Shown here piece after piece: positions 10,145 through 19,168 of a stretch of 64,000 nucleotides of DNA. The position numbers and the translations under genes are program-made. Within the stretch, counting starts at the first letter, position 1, and the number at the start of each line of letters is the position of its first letter. The notes beneath the pieces were generated by a model that was given only the letters and a program-made list of their open reading frames with translations, did no database searches and was not told the origin of the DNA. The stretch lies in the NCBI GenBank assembly GCA_038276395.1, contig JBBQAA010000044.1:187-64186 (forward strand), in the 5' to 3' direction. This DNA is from Solirubrobacterales bacterium. Lineage in GTDB: Bacteria; Actinomycetota; Thermoleophilia; Solirubrobacterales; Solirubrobacteraceae.

Positions 10145-10533
10145 GAGCGGTCCCGGTCATCCGCCGCGCTCCCCTGGCCGCCCGGATGTGGTTCGGCCTC
10201 GCCGGCGCGCCGCTCGCGTGGGCGGCACAGCACGCGGCGGGCGTCATGTTCACCCAGGCCGACTGCGCCAACTCGACCAAGACCGGCGGCTTCCCCTTCG
10301 ACCGCTGGGCGATCGTCATGACCGCCGTCACCGCGACCCTGGCGCTGCTCGCGCTGCTGTGCGCGCTCGACGTACGGGCCGAGACGGGAGACGCCGACTA
10401 TCACTCCGCGCCGCCGCAGGGCCGCACGAACTTCCTGGCCACGATCGGAACGGCCGTCGCGCCGCTGTTCCTCATCCTCATCCTCATGAGCGGGATCGCC
10501 GCCGTGCTCATGGTCGCGTGCCAGCAGTCATGA
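10141..10533 (+). CDS. Small 3-TM membrane protein of unknown function inside the cta-qcr operon
   Basis: The GTG at 10141 overlaps the ctaE TGA, and there is an alternative ATG at 10186. Its stop overlaps the qcrC ATG (ATGA). The gene is hidden inside the long ORF-track entry 7414..10533. Confidence 0.5.
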   Translation: MRAVPVIRRAPLAARMWFGLAGAPLAWAAQHAAGVMFTQADCANSTKTGGFPFDRWAIVMTAVTATLALLALLCALDVRAETGDADYHSAPPQGRTNFLATIGTAVAPLFLILILMSGIAAVLMVACQQS

Positions 10534-11327
10534 GGGCGCGGGTCTACACCCTCGTCGCGCTCCTCGCGGCCTCGCTCGTGCTCGTCTCGCTCGCGCGGGG
10601 ACAGTCCCCGGTGGGGATCGTCCGCCCTGCGAGCGAGCGGGGACTCGGCCTGCGCGAGCTCGGCTCGCAGCTCTTCGCGGGCAACTGCTCGACCTGCCAC
10701 GGCATCGCCGGCCGCGGCGTCTACCCACCGAACGCGCAGCAGGGCACGGGGAACGTCCGCGGCCTCGGGCCGCCGCTGGTCGGCGTGGGCGCCCAGGCCA
10801 CCGACTTCTACCTGCGGACCGGCTACATGCCGCTCGAGCGCGCGGACGAGCAGCCGAGCCGCCATCGCGTGCTCTTCACCGAGCACGAGATCCGCGCGCT
10901 CGTGGCCTACGTCGCCTCGCTGCACGGCGGCCCCCCGATCCCCCATCCCGTGCCGTCGGCGGGGCGGCTCTCCGAGGGACTCCAGGTCTTCACCCAGAAC
11001 TGCGCGGGGTGCCACCAGGTCGTCGCCCAGGGCGGCGTGGTCACCGGAGCGAAGGTGCCGTCGTTGACCCCGGCCACGACCACGCAGATCGCCGAGGCCG
11101 TGCGCATCGGGCCCTACCTCATGCCGCAGTTCTCCGCGAAGCAGATCTCCCCCCGGGAGCTCGACTCGCTGATCGCCTACGTCAAGCGCTCCCAGCACCC
11201 GGACGACCGCGGCGGCTGGGGCATCGGCAACATCGGCCCGGTGCCCGAGGGGATGGTGACCTGGCTCATCGCCGCGGTCGCGCTCGTGGCGACGTGCATG
11301 GCCATCGGGGAGCGGGCGAAGCGATGA
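10530..11327 (+). CDS. qcrC: Diheme cytochrome c subunit of menaquinol-cytochrome c reductase
   Basis: Signal/TM at the N-terminus, two CxxCH motifs (CSTCH, CAGCH) and a C-terminal TM anchor. The order is the actinobacterial qcrCAB order. Confidence 0.85.
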   Translation: MRARVYTLVALLAASLVLVSLARGQSPVGIVRPASERGLGLRELGSQLFAGNCSTCHGIAGRGVYPPNAQQGTGNVRGLGPPLVGVGAQATDFYLRTGYMPLERADEQPSRHRVLFTEHEIRALVAYVASLHGGPPIPHPVPSAGRLSEGLQVFTQNCAGCHQVVAQGGVVTGAKVPSLTPATTTQIAEAVRIGPYLMPQFSAKQISPRELDSLIAYVKRSQHPDDRGGWGIGNIGPVPEGMVTWLIAAVALVATCMAIGERAKR

Positions 11328-12334
11328 GCCGCCTGCCCAAGTGGCTGATCGCCCTGCTCACGCTGGCCCTCTGGCGGCGGGGGAAGGCGGAGGGATCAGA
11401 GCAGGAGGACGGGGACGGCCGGATCGTGCCGGAGGGCTCGGCCGATCGCCGCGCGGAGAGCTGGGTCATCGCCCTCCTCTTCGCCGCCGCGCTGTGCGCC
11501 GCGGGGTTCGTCGTCGTCTACGCGGCGGACGGCCTTGGCAACCGCACGCAGCTCTTCGGGATCGCCCTCGCCGTCTGCTTCGCGCTGATCGCCGTGGCCC
11601 TCATCATCGTGGCCCGGCACCTGATCGTCACCGAGCACCTGGAGGAGGACTACCCGGAGCCGGGCGGGGACCCGGAGGAGCAGGAGGCGGTGGCGGAGGT
11701 CATCAGGGAGAGCGGCAGCCGCTTCACGCGCAAGAAGCTCCTGCTCGCCGCGGGCGGCACGGCGGCCGGGGCGGTCTCCGCGGCCGCCGCGGCGCCCGTC
11801 CTCTCGCTCGGCCCGCTGCTCGACACGAGCCGCCTCCAGGAGACGCCCTGGCACCGCGGGCGCGGGCTCGTCGACGACTCAGGGCGGGCCCTGCTCGCCG
11901 ACGACATCGAGACCGAGACCTTCTACACCGCCTACCCCGAGGGGGCGACGGAGGAGGAGAAGGACCAGATCGGCGCGCCGCTCGTCGTCGTCCGCCTCGA
12001 CCCGTCGGCGCTGCGCCTGCCCCCCGAGCGCGCGCGCTGGGCGCCGGGCGGGATCCTTGCCTTCTCGAAGATCTGCACGCACGCCAGCTGCGCCGTCGCG
12101 CTCTACCGCAAGCCGCTCTACGCGCCGACGGAGCCGCGGCCGGCGCTCGTCTGCCCCTGCCACTACTCGACCTTCGACCCGGCCACCGGCGGCCAGGTCA
12201 TCTTCGGCCCCGCGGGCCGCCCCCTCCCCCAGCTCCCGCTCACCGTCGACGGCGGGCTGCTGCGCGCCGGCGGCCCGTTCTCGGCCGGCGTCGGGCCGGG
12301 CTGGTGGGGCGTGCGCCGGAAGCGGAGCATCTGA
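11324..12334 (+). CDS. qcrA: Rieske iron-sulfur subunit of menaquinol-cytochrome c reductase
   Basis: N-terminal TM helices. Rieske motifs CTHASC and CPCHYS. ATGA overlap with qcrC. Confidence 0.9.
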   Translation: MSRLPKWLIALLTLALWRRGKAEGSEQEDGDGRIVPEGSADRRAESWVIALLFAAALCAAGFVVVYAADGLGNRTQLFGIALAVCFALIAVALIIVARHLIVTEHLEEDYPEPGGDPEEQEAVAEVIRESGSRFTRKKLLLAAGGTAAGAVSAAAAAPVLSLGPLLDTSRLQETPWHRGRGLVDDSGRALLADDIETETFYTAYPEGATEEEKDQIGAPLVVVRLDPSALRLPPERARWAPGGILAFSKICTHASCAVALYRKPLYAPTEPRPALVCPCHYSTFDPATGGQVIFGPAGRPLPQLPLTVDGGLLRAGGPFSAGVGPGWWGVRRKRSI

Positions 12335-13695
12335 TGCTCCGCAAGGCCGTCACCTTCCTCGACGAGCGCTCGGGCGCCGCGCCGCTCCTGAAGAAGGGCC
12401 TGCGCTACGTCTTCCCCGACCACTGGTCCTTCCTGCTCGGCGAGGTCGCGCTCTACGCCTTCATCGTGCTCGTGGGGACGGGCATCTACCTGACGCTGTT
12501 CTTCGAGCCGAGTCTGGCCAAGACGACCTACCACGGCGTCTACGCGCCGCTCCAGGGCGCGCGGATGAGCGAGGCCTACAGGTCGGTGGTGGACATCTCC
12601 TTCACGCACAAGGCGGGCCTCGTCATCCGCCAGACCCACCACTGGGCGGCCAACGTCTTCGTCGCGGCGATCGTCATGCACGTCATGCGGATCTTCTTCA
12701 CGGGCGCGTTCCGCAGGCCGCGCGAGCTGACCTGGCTCGTGGGCGTCGTCATGCTCTTCGCCGCGCTGCTCGAGGGCTACCTCGGCTACTCGATGGTCGA
12801 CGACCTGCTCTCGGGGATGGGCCTCGCCATCGGCTACGGCGTGGCCACCTCGATCCCGTTCATCGGGGGCAACGCCGCGCTCGGGATCTGGGGCGCGCCC
12901 TACCCGGGCGCGCACACCTTCGAGTCGCGCCTGTACATCGCTCACGTGCTGATCTTCCCCGTGATCATCGGCGGGCTGATCGGGCTGCATCTCGCGCTGG
13001 TCGCCGCCCGCCACCACACGCAGTTCAAGACCTCGGCGAAGCAGACCGAGCGGCGCCTGCACGGCGTGCCGTCCTTTCCCGGCCAGTTGCCGCGCTCGCT
13101 CGGACTGCTGTTCGCCGTGGCCGCGGTCCTGTTCGCGCTCGGCGGGCTCGTGCAGATCAACCCGATCTGGCAGTGGGGGCCCTACAAGACGGCGCTGGCC
13201 ACGAACGGCGCGCAGCCCGACTGGTACCTCGGCTGGCTGATCGGCGCCCTACGCCTGATGCCGGGATTCGACGTCACCGTGGGGAGCTACACGGTCGTCC
13301 CGAACCCGTTCTGGGGCGGGATCCTCTTCCCCACGATCGTGCTCGTCGCGCTGCTCTTCTGGCCGTGGGTGGAGAAGCGCCTGACCGGCGACCGAGCCTG
13401 GCACAACCTGCTCGACCGCCCGCGCGACTCGCCCCGGCGCACGGCGTTCGGCGTCGCTTTCTTCTTCTGGGTCGTGATCGTCTTCGCCGCGGGCACGCTC
13501 GACCGCTCGACGGTGTTCTTCGGGCTCTCCTACAACCTCCAGGTGTGGATCTTTCGCGGACTCGTGTTCGTGGGACCGCCCGTGGTCTACGTGATCACGC
13601 GGCGCTTCTGCGTCGCGCTCCAGCGCGCGGAGGAGGTCGAGGCGGTCCGGGAGGCGGCCGAGGCGGAGGTCGAGGCGGCGGCGGTCACGTCCTGA
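12334..13695 (+). CDS. qcrB: Cytochrome b subunit of menaquinol-cytochrome c reductase
   Basis: The ATG at 12334 overlaps the qcrA TGA by 1 nt. The translation has the cytochrome b N- and C-terminal domain pattern (RQTHHWAANVF, multiple TM helices). Confidence 0.9.
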   Translation: MLRKAVTFLDERSGAAPLLKKGLRYVFPDHWSFLLGEVALYAFIVLVGTGIYLTLFFEPSLAKTTYHGVYAPLQGARMSEAYRSVVDISFTHKAGLVIRQTHHWAANVFVAAIVMHVMRIFFTGAFRRPRELTWLVGVVMLFAALLEGYLGYSMVDDLLSGMGLAIGYGVATSIPFIGGNAALGIWGAPYPGAHTFESRLYIAHVLIFPVIIGGLIGLHLALVAARHHTQFKTSAKQTERRLHGVPSFPGQLPRSLGLLFAVAAVLFALGGLVQINPIWQWGPYKTALATNGAQPDWYLGWLIGALRLMPGFDVTVGSYTVVPNPFWGGILFPTIVLVALLFWPWVEKRLTGDRAWHNLLDRPRDSPRRTAFGVAFFFWVVIVFAAGTLDRSTVFFGLSYNLQVWIFRGLVFVGPPVVYVITRRFCVALQRAEEVEAVREAAEAEVEAAAVTS

Positions 13696-14515
13696 GGCGG
13701 CGCGCGGAGGCCGCCCTCGACGCGCGGCGCGCCCGTGCCGGGTCATGCCCGGCCTCCTGCCAGACCTGACGGCGCTCCGCCTCGGCCGTCCAGCGCAGGA
13801 AGAGCGCGGCGAAGGCGATGACCGTGACGATCCCGCCCTCGGTGAACATGATCGCGCCGCCGATGACCTGATCGGCGTGGGGAGAGACGCCGGCCAGCAG
13901 TTCCCCGGCCGCGTAGCGCGGATAGAACACGTGCGCCGACCAGATGAAGACGCTGCCGAGGATCGCCCCGGCGAAGCGCACGACGAGCACGTAGGCGGCC
14001 TTCGGCCCGGCGCCGAACCACGCCGGGCCGGGCAGCGGCTCGGCCACCGCGGCCCACATGAGCGCCCCCGTGAGGAAGAACAGCTCGTGCTCGAGCGCGT
14101 GCACCGCGCCGTGGGCCAGCGCTCCCTGGTAGAGCACGGGCAGGTGCCAGAGGTAGAGGTTGACGGTCCAGAGCGGGAGCGCGACGAGCGGGTGGGCGAG
14201 GACGCGCAGGCGCCGCAGGGGCGCCGGGCGCAACAGCGGCCGCAGGAGCGGGCCTGAGAGCCCGAGGACGATGGCGAAGGGCGCGAGGTCGCCGAGCATG
14301 AGGTGCTGGACCATGTGGACCCAGAAGAGCCGCGTCTCCCCCAGCGTGTCGACGGGCGTGGCCAGCGCGCCGAGCAGGAGCAGGATGCCGGCCGTGAACC
14401 AGGCGATCTTGGCCCGCGTCACCGGCCGGCCGCGCGCCCGCAGCGTGCGCGCCCGCCGCGCGTAGACGAGCGCGAGCAGGGCCACGGGCGCGAGCTGGAG
14501 CGGCTCGAAGCGCAT
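13685..14515 (-). CDS. ctaG: Cytochrome c oxidase assembly factor, caa3_CtaG family
   Basis: Polytopic membrane protein with WVHMVQHLMLGDLAP and ALEHELFF segments typical of Bacillus-type CtaG. It is convergent with qcrB and overlaps it by 11 nt. Confidence 0.8.
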   Translation of the reverse strand: MRFEPLQLAPVALLALVYARRARTLRARGRPVTRAKIAWFTAGILLLLGALATPVDTLGETRLFWVHMVQHLMLGDLAPFAIVLGLSGPLLRPLLRPAPLRRLRVLAHPLVALPLWTVNLYLWHLPVLYQGALAHGAVHALEHELFFLTGALMWAAVAEPLPGPAWFGAGPKAAYVLVVRFAGAILGSVFIWSAHVFYPRYAAGELLAGVSPHADQVIGGAIMFTEGGIVTVIAFAALFLRWTAEAERRQVWQEAGHDPARARRASRAASARRLRT

Positions 14516-14542
14516 CGTCCTCAGTATCGCGCGTGCGCGAGG

Positions 14543-15136
14543 TCAGCTCGCCAGCGCGTTGACGAGCGCGCGCCAGCCTGCGCGCAGGCGCTCCTCCGGC
14601 CAGTCGAGCTCGCGGTGGAGGTGGAGATGGAGCCCCGGCGCGAGCGCGCCGAGCAGCGCGTGAGCGGTGAACTCGGGATCGAGCGCCGGCGCGGCACCGC
14701 GGACGAGCAGCGCCAGGTGCGTGGCGTGGAAGCCGTAGGGACCCCGGCCACCGAGCCGCGGCCCGCCCGCGGCGGCCACGAGATCGCCGCGGCGGCCGAG
14801 CAGGTCGAGGTAGCCCTCGCCGAAGGCGACGAGCCGCTCACGCGGCGGCGCGCCCGGGCCGAGCGGCGGCGCCCCGGAGATGATGGCGTCCTGGAACTCC
14901 CGCGCCTCCTCGTCGAGCAGTGCGAGCGCGAGCCCCTCGCGGTCGCCGAAGCGGCGGTACAGCGTGCCCGCCCCGACCCCGGCCGCGGCGGCGACGTCCT
15001 GCACGGTGATCGCCTCGATTCCGTGCCGCTCGATCAGGCCCACGGCGGCGGCGAGGATCCGCTCCCGGTTACGCGCCGCGTCGGCGCGCTCGGCGGTCGG
15101 AGCCTCGGAGTTGGCCAGGGGTAGCTCGAAGGCCAC
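14543..15136 (-). CDS. TetR-family transcriptional regulator
   Basis: N-terminal HTH RERILAAAVGLIERHGIEAITVQDVAAAAGVGAGTLYRRF. Confidence 0.85.
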   Translation of the reverse strand: MAFELPLANSEAPTAERADAARNRERILAAAVGLIERHGIEAITVQDVAAAAGVGAGTLYRRFGDREGLALALLDEEAREFQDAIISGAPPLGPGAPPRERLVAFGEGYLDLLGRRGDLVAAAGGPRLGGRGPYGFHATHLALLVRGAAPALDPEFTAHALLGALAPGLHLHLHRELDWPEERLRAGWRALVNALAS

Positions 15137-15144
15137 CCCTCAGA

Positions 15145-15699
15145 TCATGCCGCCTGCTCGACCGGCGCGGCGATCTCGCGCACGAGGTCGGCGGTGAGGC
15201 CGGCGAGGCGGGTGGCCAGCTCCGGGTCGGCCAGCGACCCTTCCGCCGCGAAGGCCGTGTCGGCCATCCCCACGGGCAGCTCGCCGTCGAGCGGGCGCGC
15301 GCCGCTCGCCTTGAGCGCCTTGCGCACCTCGGCCTGGGCCCACACCGCCCCGAAGAGCCCGGTGCTGGCGCCGACGACGAGCACGGGCTTGTCGCGCAGG
15401 ACGTTCTCCGGAAACGGGCGCGAGGCCCAGTCGAGCGCGTTCTTCAGCGCGCCCGGGACCGAGGCGTTGTACTCCGGGGTGGCGATGAGGAGGCCGTCCG
15501 CCGCCGCGATCTCGGCGAGGAGCGCGGCCACAGGCGGGGGTGGGTCGCGCTCCTCGTCCTCGTCGAAGGCGGGGATCCCGGCCAGGCCCTCCCACGCCGC
15601 GAACTCGACGCCCACCGGGAGCGCCGCGCCCGCCGCCGCGAGCAGCTTCCGGTTATGCGAGCCGCGCCGCAGCGAGCCGGCCAGGCCGAGGATCCGCAT
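15145..15699 (-). CDS. NADPH-dependent FMN reductase family protein
   Basis: MRILGLAGSLRRGSHNRKLL...ATPEYNASVPGALKNALDW. The internal ATG at 15699 was chosen; the ORF-track start at 15891 adds an Arg-rich extension. Confidence 0.85.
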   Translation of the reverse strand: MRILGLAGSLRRGSHNRKLLAAAGAALPVGVEFAAWEGLAGIPAFDEDEERDPPPPVAALLAEIAAADGLLIATPEYNASVPGALKNALDWASRPFPENVLRDKPVLVVGASTGLFGAVWAQAEVRKALKASGARPLDGELPVGMADTAFAAEGSLADPELATRLAGLTADLVREIAAPVEQAA

Positions 15700-15707
15700 C
15701 GTGGTGC

Positions 15708-16250
15708 CTACGCGGCGTCCGTGGCCAGGAGCGAGAGCTCGATCGTCAGCGTGACCTCGTGGGCCAGCGCCTTGCCGCCCGAGGGGAGCGGCGCGTTCCA
15801 GTTCATCTCCCACTGGGTGCGGTCGATCTGGGCCTCGAGGTGCAGGTGCCCGCGCGTGTTGCCGAAGGCGTCGGCCTCGGGCGCCCGCCACTCGCCGGCG
15901 GCCTCGACGGGGTGCGTGATCCCCTTGATCGTCAGCTCGCCCGCCACGGTGGCCCGGCCGCCCTCGGCGAGGTCGAGGGTCGTCGAGCGGAAGGTCACCT
16001 CGGGGTGGCTCTCGGCGTCGAAGAACTCGGGCGAGAGCACGTGAGCGCGGAACTGCTCGGGCGCGCGGATGGAGATCGACTCGACCTTGGCGGTGCCGGT
16101 GAGGACGCCGTCTGAGAGCGAGGCCTCGACGTCCTCGAGTGTGCCGCGATAGACCGAGACGCCCTGGTAGCGCACGGAGAAGCCGAAGCTCGAGTGGACG
16201 GGATCGGCGGCGTAGGAGCCGGCGAGAGGGGCGTCGGTGGTGGCGCTCAT
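15708..16250 (-). CDS. YceI-family polyisoprenoid-binding protein
   Basis: Y..DP.HS...F.V.......G.F, FFD...P...F and G.LT..G.T are all characteristic of YceI. Confidence 0.9.
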   Translation of the reverse strand: MSATTDAPLAGSYAADPVHSSFGFSVRYQGVSVYRGTLEDVEASLSDGVLTGTAKVESISIRAPEQFRAHVLSPEFFDAESHPEVTFRSTTLDLAEGGRATVAGELTIKGITHPVEAAGEWRAPEADAFGNTRGHLHLEAQIDRTQWEMNWNAPLPSGGKALAHEVTLTIELSLLATDAA

Positions 16251-16276
16251 GGGTTGGGACCTCCGGGTGGTGATGG

Positions 16277-16301
16277 CTTAAGCGGAGCAGGTTCCGCTTA
16301 G
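16277..16301 (-). terminator. Low-GC hairpin (TAAGCGGA n6 TCCGCTTA) immediately 3' of the hydrolase gene
   Basis: The 8-9 bp stem starts 3 nt after the stop at 16304. There is no U-tract, so its terminator function is uncertain. It could equally be an operator for yceI. Confidence 0.3.
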
Positions 16302-16303
16302 CC

Positions 16304-17116
16304 TCAGTCTACCACGGAAGGTTGCCCGCGCAATCTTTTTTCCCCGGGCCGCCGCCGCGCCCCGGCGAGGGTCACCGCGGCCACCGCGTCCGGATCGTCG
16401 GTCATCGGGATGTGGCCGCAGTCGCGGAGGACGAGCTCCCGTGCGGGGAACGGCAGCGCGACCCGCCCCACAAGGCGATCGCGCTCGCACCAGGCGACGG
16501 TGACCGGCACGCGCACGCGACCGGCGGCAGTGAAGCGGCCCGAGCGCATCTCCGCGTTGGCGGCCTCGAAGCCCGGGGCCTCCGCGTAGGCGCGGAGCAT
16601 CCGCGACGCCTCCTCGTCGGTCATCCGCTCGGGGTGGGCGACCGTGGCGGCGAGCGCCAGCCGCCGCCCCGGGCGCGTCGAGAGCAGCCCCACGAGCCCG
16701 GGAACCGACGAGATGATGGCGTGGGCGGTGAGCGCCGGCTTCGGGCGCAGCGGCTGCGGCCAGAGGCCGGCGGGCGCGATCGCGGTGACGGAGCCCGCGG
16801 CGCCGAGCGCCGCCAGCTCGAGGGCGACCCAGCCGCCGAGCGAGTTCCCGGCGACGTCCGGCCGCTCGACGCCGAGCGCCTCCAGCGCCCCGGCCACCGC
16901 CCCCGCGAGCGCCGCGGGCGTCGGCGGCACGCCCTCGGGCAGGCAGGGCGAGCGCCCGAAGCCGGGCAGGTCGACGGCGATCACGTCGCGCTCGGCGGCG
17001 AGCGCGGGCAGCACCGGCAGCCACGCCCCCCACTCCCCGCCGAGGCCGTGGAGGAGGAGCAGCGGCGCGCCCGATCCCCGGCGCTCGGCGTGGATCCCGT
17101 TAGCGTGCTCGCCCAT
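16304..17116 (-). CDS. Alpha/beta-fold hydrolase
   Basis: LLLLHGLGG and the nucleophile elbow GNSLGG. The start was chosen at ATG 17116 (MGEHANG...). Confidence 0.8.
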   Translation of the reverse strand: MGEHANGIHAERRGSGAPLLLLHGLGGEWGAWLPVLPALAAERDVIAVDLPGFGRSPCLPEGVPPTPAALAGAVAGALEALGVERPDVAGNSLGGWVALELAALGAAGSVTAIAPAGLWPQPLRPKPALTAHAIISSVPGLVGLLSTRPGRRLALAATVAHPERMTDEEASRMLRAYAEAPGFEAANAEMRSGRFTAAGRVRVPVTVAWCERDRLVGRVALPFPARELVLRDCGHIPMTDDPDAVAAVTLAGARRRPGEKRLRGQPSVVD

Positions 17117-17906
17117 GGACCTCACCGGAGCCACCGTTCTCGTCACCGGCGCCAACCGCGGCATGGGCGCCTCGTTCGCGCAGGAGCTGGCCAAGCGTCC
17201 CGGCACGACGATCCTCGTCGGCGCTCGCGACCCGGAGGACTACGAGCCCTTCCCCCTCCCCGACGGGGGCGCCGACGCGGTCCGCGCGGTCCACGTCGAC
17301 CTCGCCGCGCGCGAGACGATCGAGGAGACCGCCCGCGGCCTTGCGGGCGAGCGGATCGACGTGCTCGTCAACAACGCGGGGCTCATGACCGGGGGGCTCA
17401 TCGAGGAGCAGAACCTCGACGAGATCTACGCGCTCTTCCAGGTCAACCTCGTCGGCCTCATCCAGCTCACGCGTGCGCTCCTGCCGCCGATGGTCGCCCG
17501 CGGCCGCGGCATGATCGTCAACAACGCCTCGATCTCGGGCTACGCCCACCTCCCCTCGGCCACGACCTACGCGGCCTCCAAGGCGGGCGTCGTGGCCTTC
17601 AGCGACGCGCTCCGCCGCGAGCTGCGCGGCACCGGCGTCGGCGTCCTGCACCTCGTCACGCCGGGCGTCGAGACCGAGATGCTCTCGGCCACGGAGGAGA
17701 CCTACGCCAAGCACATGGACACCTCGGGCTGGACGTCGGTGCCCGCCGAGGAGTGGGCGCAGAAGGTGGTCGGGGCGATCGAGTCCGGCGCCGGCGTGCT
17801 CCGGCCCGGCGGAAAGCTCGAGTTCGCCCGGCTCGCCTCGCGCGGGCCGGCGATCCTGCTCGACCTGATCTCCCGCCAGATGTTCTCCCGCGCCCCGCGG
17901 GACTGA
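17115..17906 (+). CDS. Short-chain dehydrogenase/reductase (SDR)
   Basis: TGANRGMG cofactor motif, NNAG, and Y..SK catalytic motif (YAASKAG). Confidence 0.9.
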   Translation: MDLTGATVLVTGANRGMGASFAQELAKRPGTTILVGARDPEDYEPFPLPDGGADAVRAVHVDLAARETIEETARGLAGERIDVLVNNAGLMTGGLIEEQNLDEIYALFQVNLVGLIQLTRALLPPMVARGRGMIVNNASISGYAHLPSATTYAASKAGVVAFSDALRRELRGTGVGVLHLVTPGVETEMLSATEETYAKHMDTSGWTSVPAEEWAQKVVGAIESGAGVLRPGGKLEFARLASRGPAILLDLISRQMFSRAPRD

Positions 17907-17926
17907 GCGCCCGGCGCGACGGGGGC

Positions 17927-19168
17927 TCACGCCGCCGCGGTGGCGGCGGCCGGCGCGGCGGCGAGCTGCGAGCGGCGATGGAACGCGGGCTTGGCCAGCA
18001 GGAGCTGGACGTCGCCGATCCGCCGCTCGGCGAAGCCCGCCTCGCAGTAGGCCAGGTACATGCGCCACAGGCGGCGGAAGCGCTCGTCGTAGCCGAGCTG
18101 CTCGAGCCGCGCCGTGCTGGCGTCCACGTTCCGCCGCCACTCCTGCAGGGTGAGGACGTAGTCGCCGGTCAGGTCCTCGAGGTCGAGCACGTGCATGTCC
18201 GTGCGCCGCGCGAGGTTGCGGGAGATGATCTCCATCGAGGGCAGGCAGCCGCCGGGGAAGATGTAGGTGCGGATGAACGAGCGCGTGGCCTTCTCGGCGT
18301 GGAAGGCGCGGTCGTCGATCGTGATCGCCTGCAGGAGCATCGCGCCGTCCGGGCGCAGGAGCCGCGAGCAGGTGCGGAAGAACGTGCCGAAGTGCCGCCA
18401 GCCGACGGCCTCGATCATCTCGATCGAGACGAGCTTGTCGTAGCGGCCGGTGAGGCGCCGGTAGTCCTCGAGCAGGACGGTCACACGATCCTCGAGACCC
18501 GCCTCCCGGATCCGCGCGACCGCGCGGTCGCGCTGCTCGCGGGAGATCGTCGTCGTCGTCACGCGGCAGCCGTACTGGGCGGCGGCGTGGATCGCCATCG
18601 AGCCCCAGCCCGTGCCGATCTCGAGCAGGTGGTCGGACGGCCGCAGCTCGAGCTTCTCGCAGATGGCGTCGAGCTTCGCCCGCTGGGCCTCCTCGAGGGT
18701 CATATCCCGCCGCTCGTACTTCGCGGCGGAGTACATCAGCGAGGGGTCGAGCATCAGCTCGTAGAGATCGTTGCCGAGGTCGTAGTGGTGGGCGATCTGG
18801 CGGCGGGACCGGGCCTCGGTGTTCTGGCGGATCCGTCCCGTGAGCGCGCGCCACGGGCCGAGCACGGGCCACCAGGCGTCGCGGATGTGGTCGAAGCGGT
18901 GGGCGTTGCGCGCGGCGATCCGCACGAGCGGGACGAGGTCGGGGCTCGCCCACAGGCCGTCGGCGTAGGCGCCGCCGAGGCCGCGGGAGCCGCGCAGGAG
19001 GGCGAGCCAGAAGCGCCCGTCGCGGACCTCGAGCACGCCGTGCAGCGGGGCGTTCTCGTCCTGGGCGCCGAGGCGCGCGCGGCGGCCCCCTTCGCGCAGC
19101 TCGATCGCGCCGCCGCGCGTGCGGCGGAGCAGGGCGAAACCGAGGCGACGGGCGAGGGTGAGGGTCAC
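17927..19168 (-). CDS. cfa: Cyclopropane-fatty-acyl-phospholipid synthase family methyltransferase
   Basis: HYDLGNDLYELMLD, the SAM motif LLEIGTGWG, and FPGG.LPS. The GTG at 19168 overlaps the upstream TGA. Confidence 0.9.
   Translation of the reverse strand: MTLTLARRLGFALLRRTRGGAIELREGGRRARLGAQDENAPLHGVLEVRDGRFWLALLRGSRGLGGAYADGLWASPDLVPLVRIAARNAHRFDHIRDAWWPVLGPWRALTGRIRQNTEARSRRQIAHHYDLGNDLYELMLDPSLMYSAAKYERRDMTLEEAQRAKLDAICEKLELRPSDHLLEIGTGWGSMAIHAAAQYGCRVTTTTISREQRDRAVARIREAGLEDRVTVLLEDYRRLTGRYDKLVSIEMIEAVGWRHFGTFFRTCSRLLRPDGAMLLQAITIDDRAFHAEKATRSFIRTYIFPGGCLPSMEIISRNLARRTDMHVLDLEDLTGDYVLTLQEWRRNVDASTARLEQLGYDERFRRLWRMYLAYCEAGFAERRIGDVQLLLAKPAFHRRSQLAAAPAAATAAA

Noticed and set aside
15145-15891. 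248-aa version of the FMN reductase. Similar long upstream extensions appear in the track for the MMPL (1222), CFA synthase (19795), DUF1365 (20268), GCS2 (36032), ADH (39057), thioesterase (39680), SIS (46250) and HypD/E ORFs.
   Set aside because: The extensions overlap upstream genes and are compositionally aberrant. In each case an in-frame ATG or GTG that overlaps the upstream stop codon, or sits just after it, gives a native-looking N-terminus.
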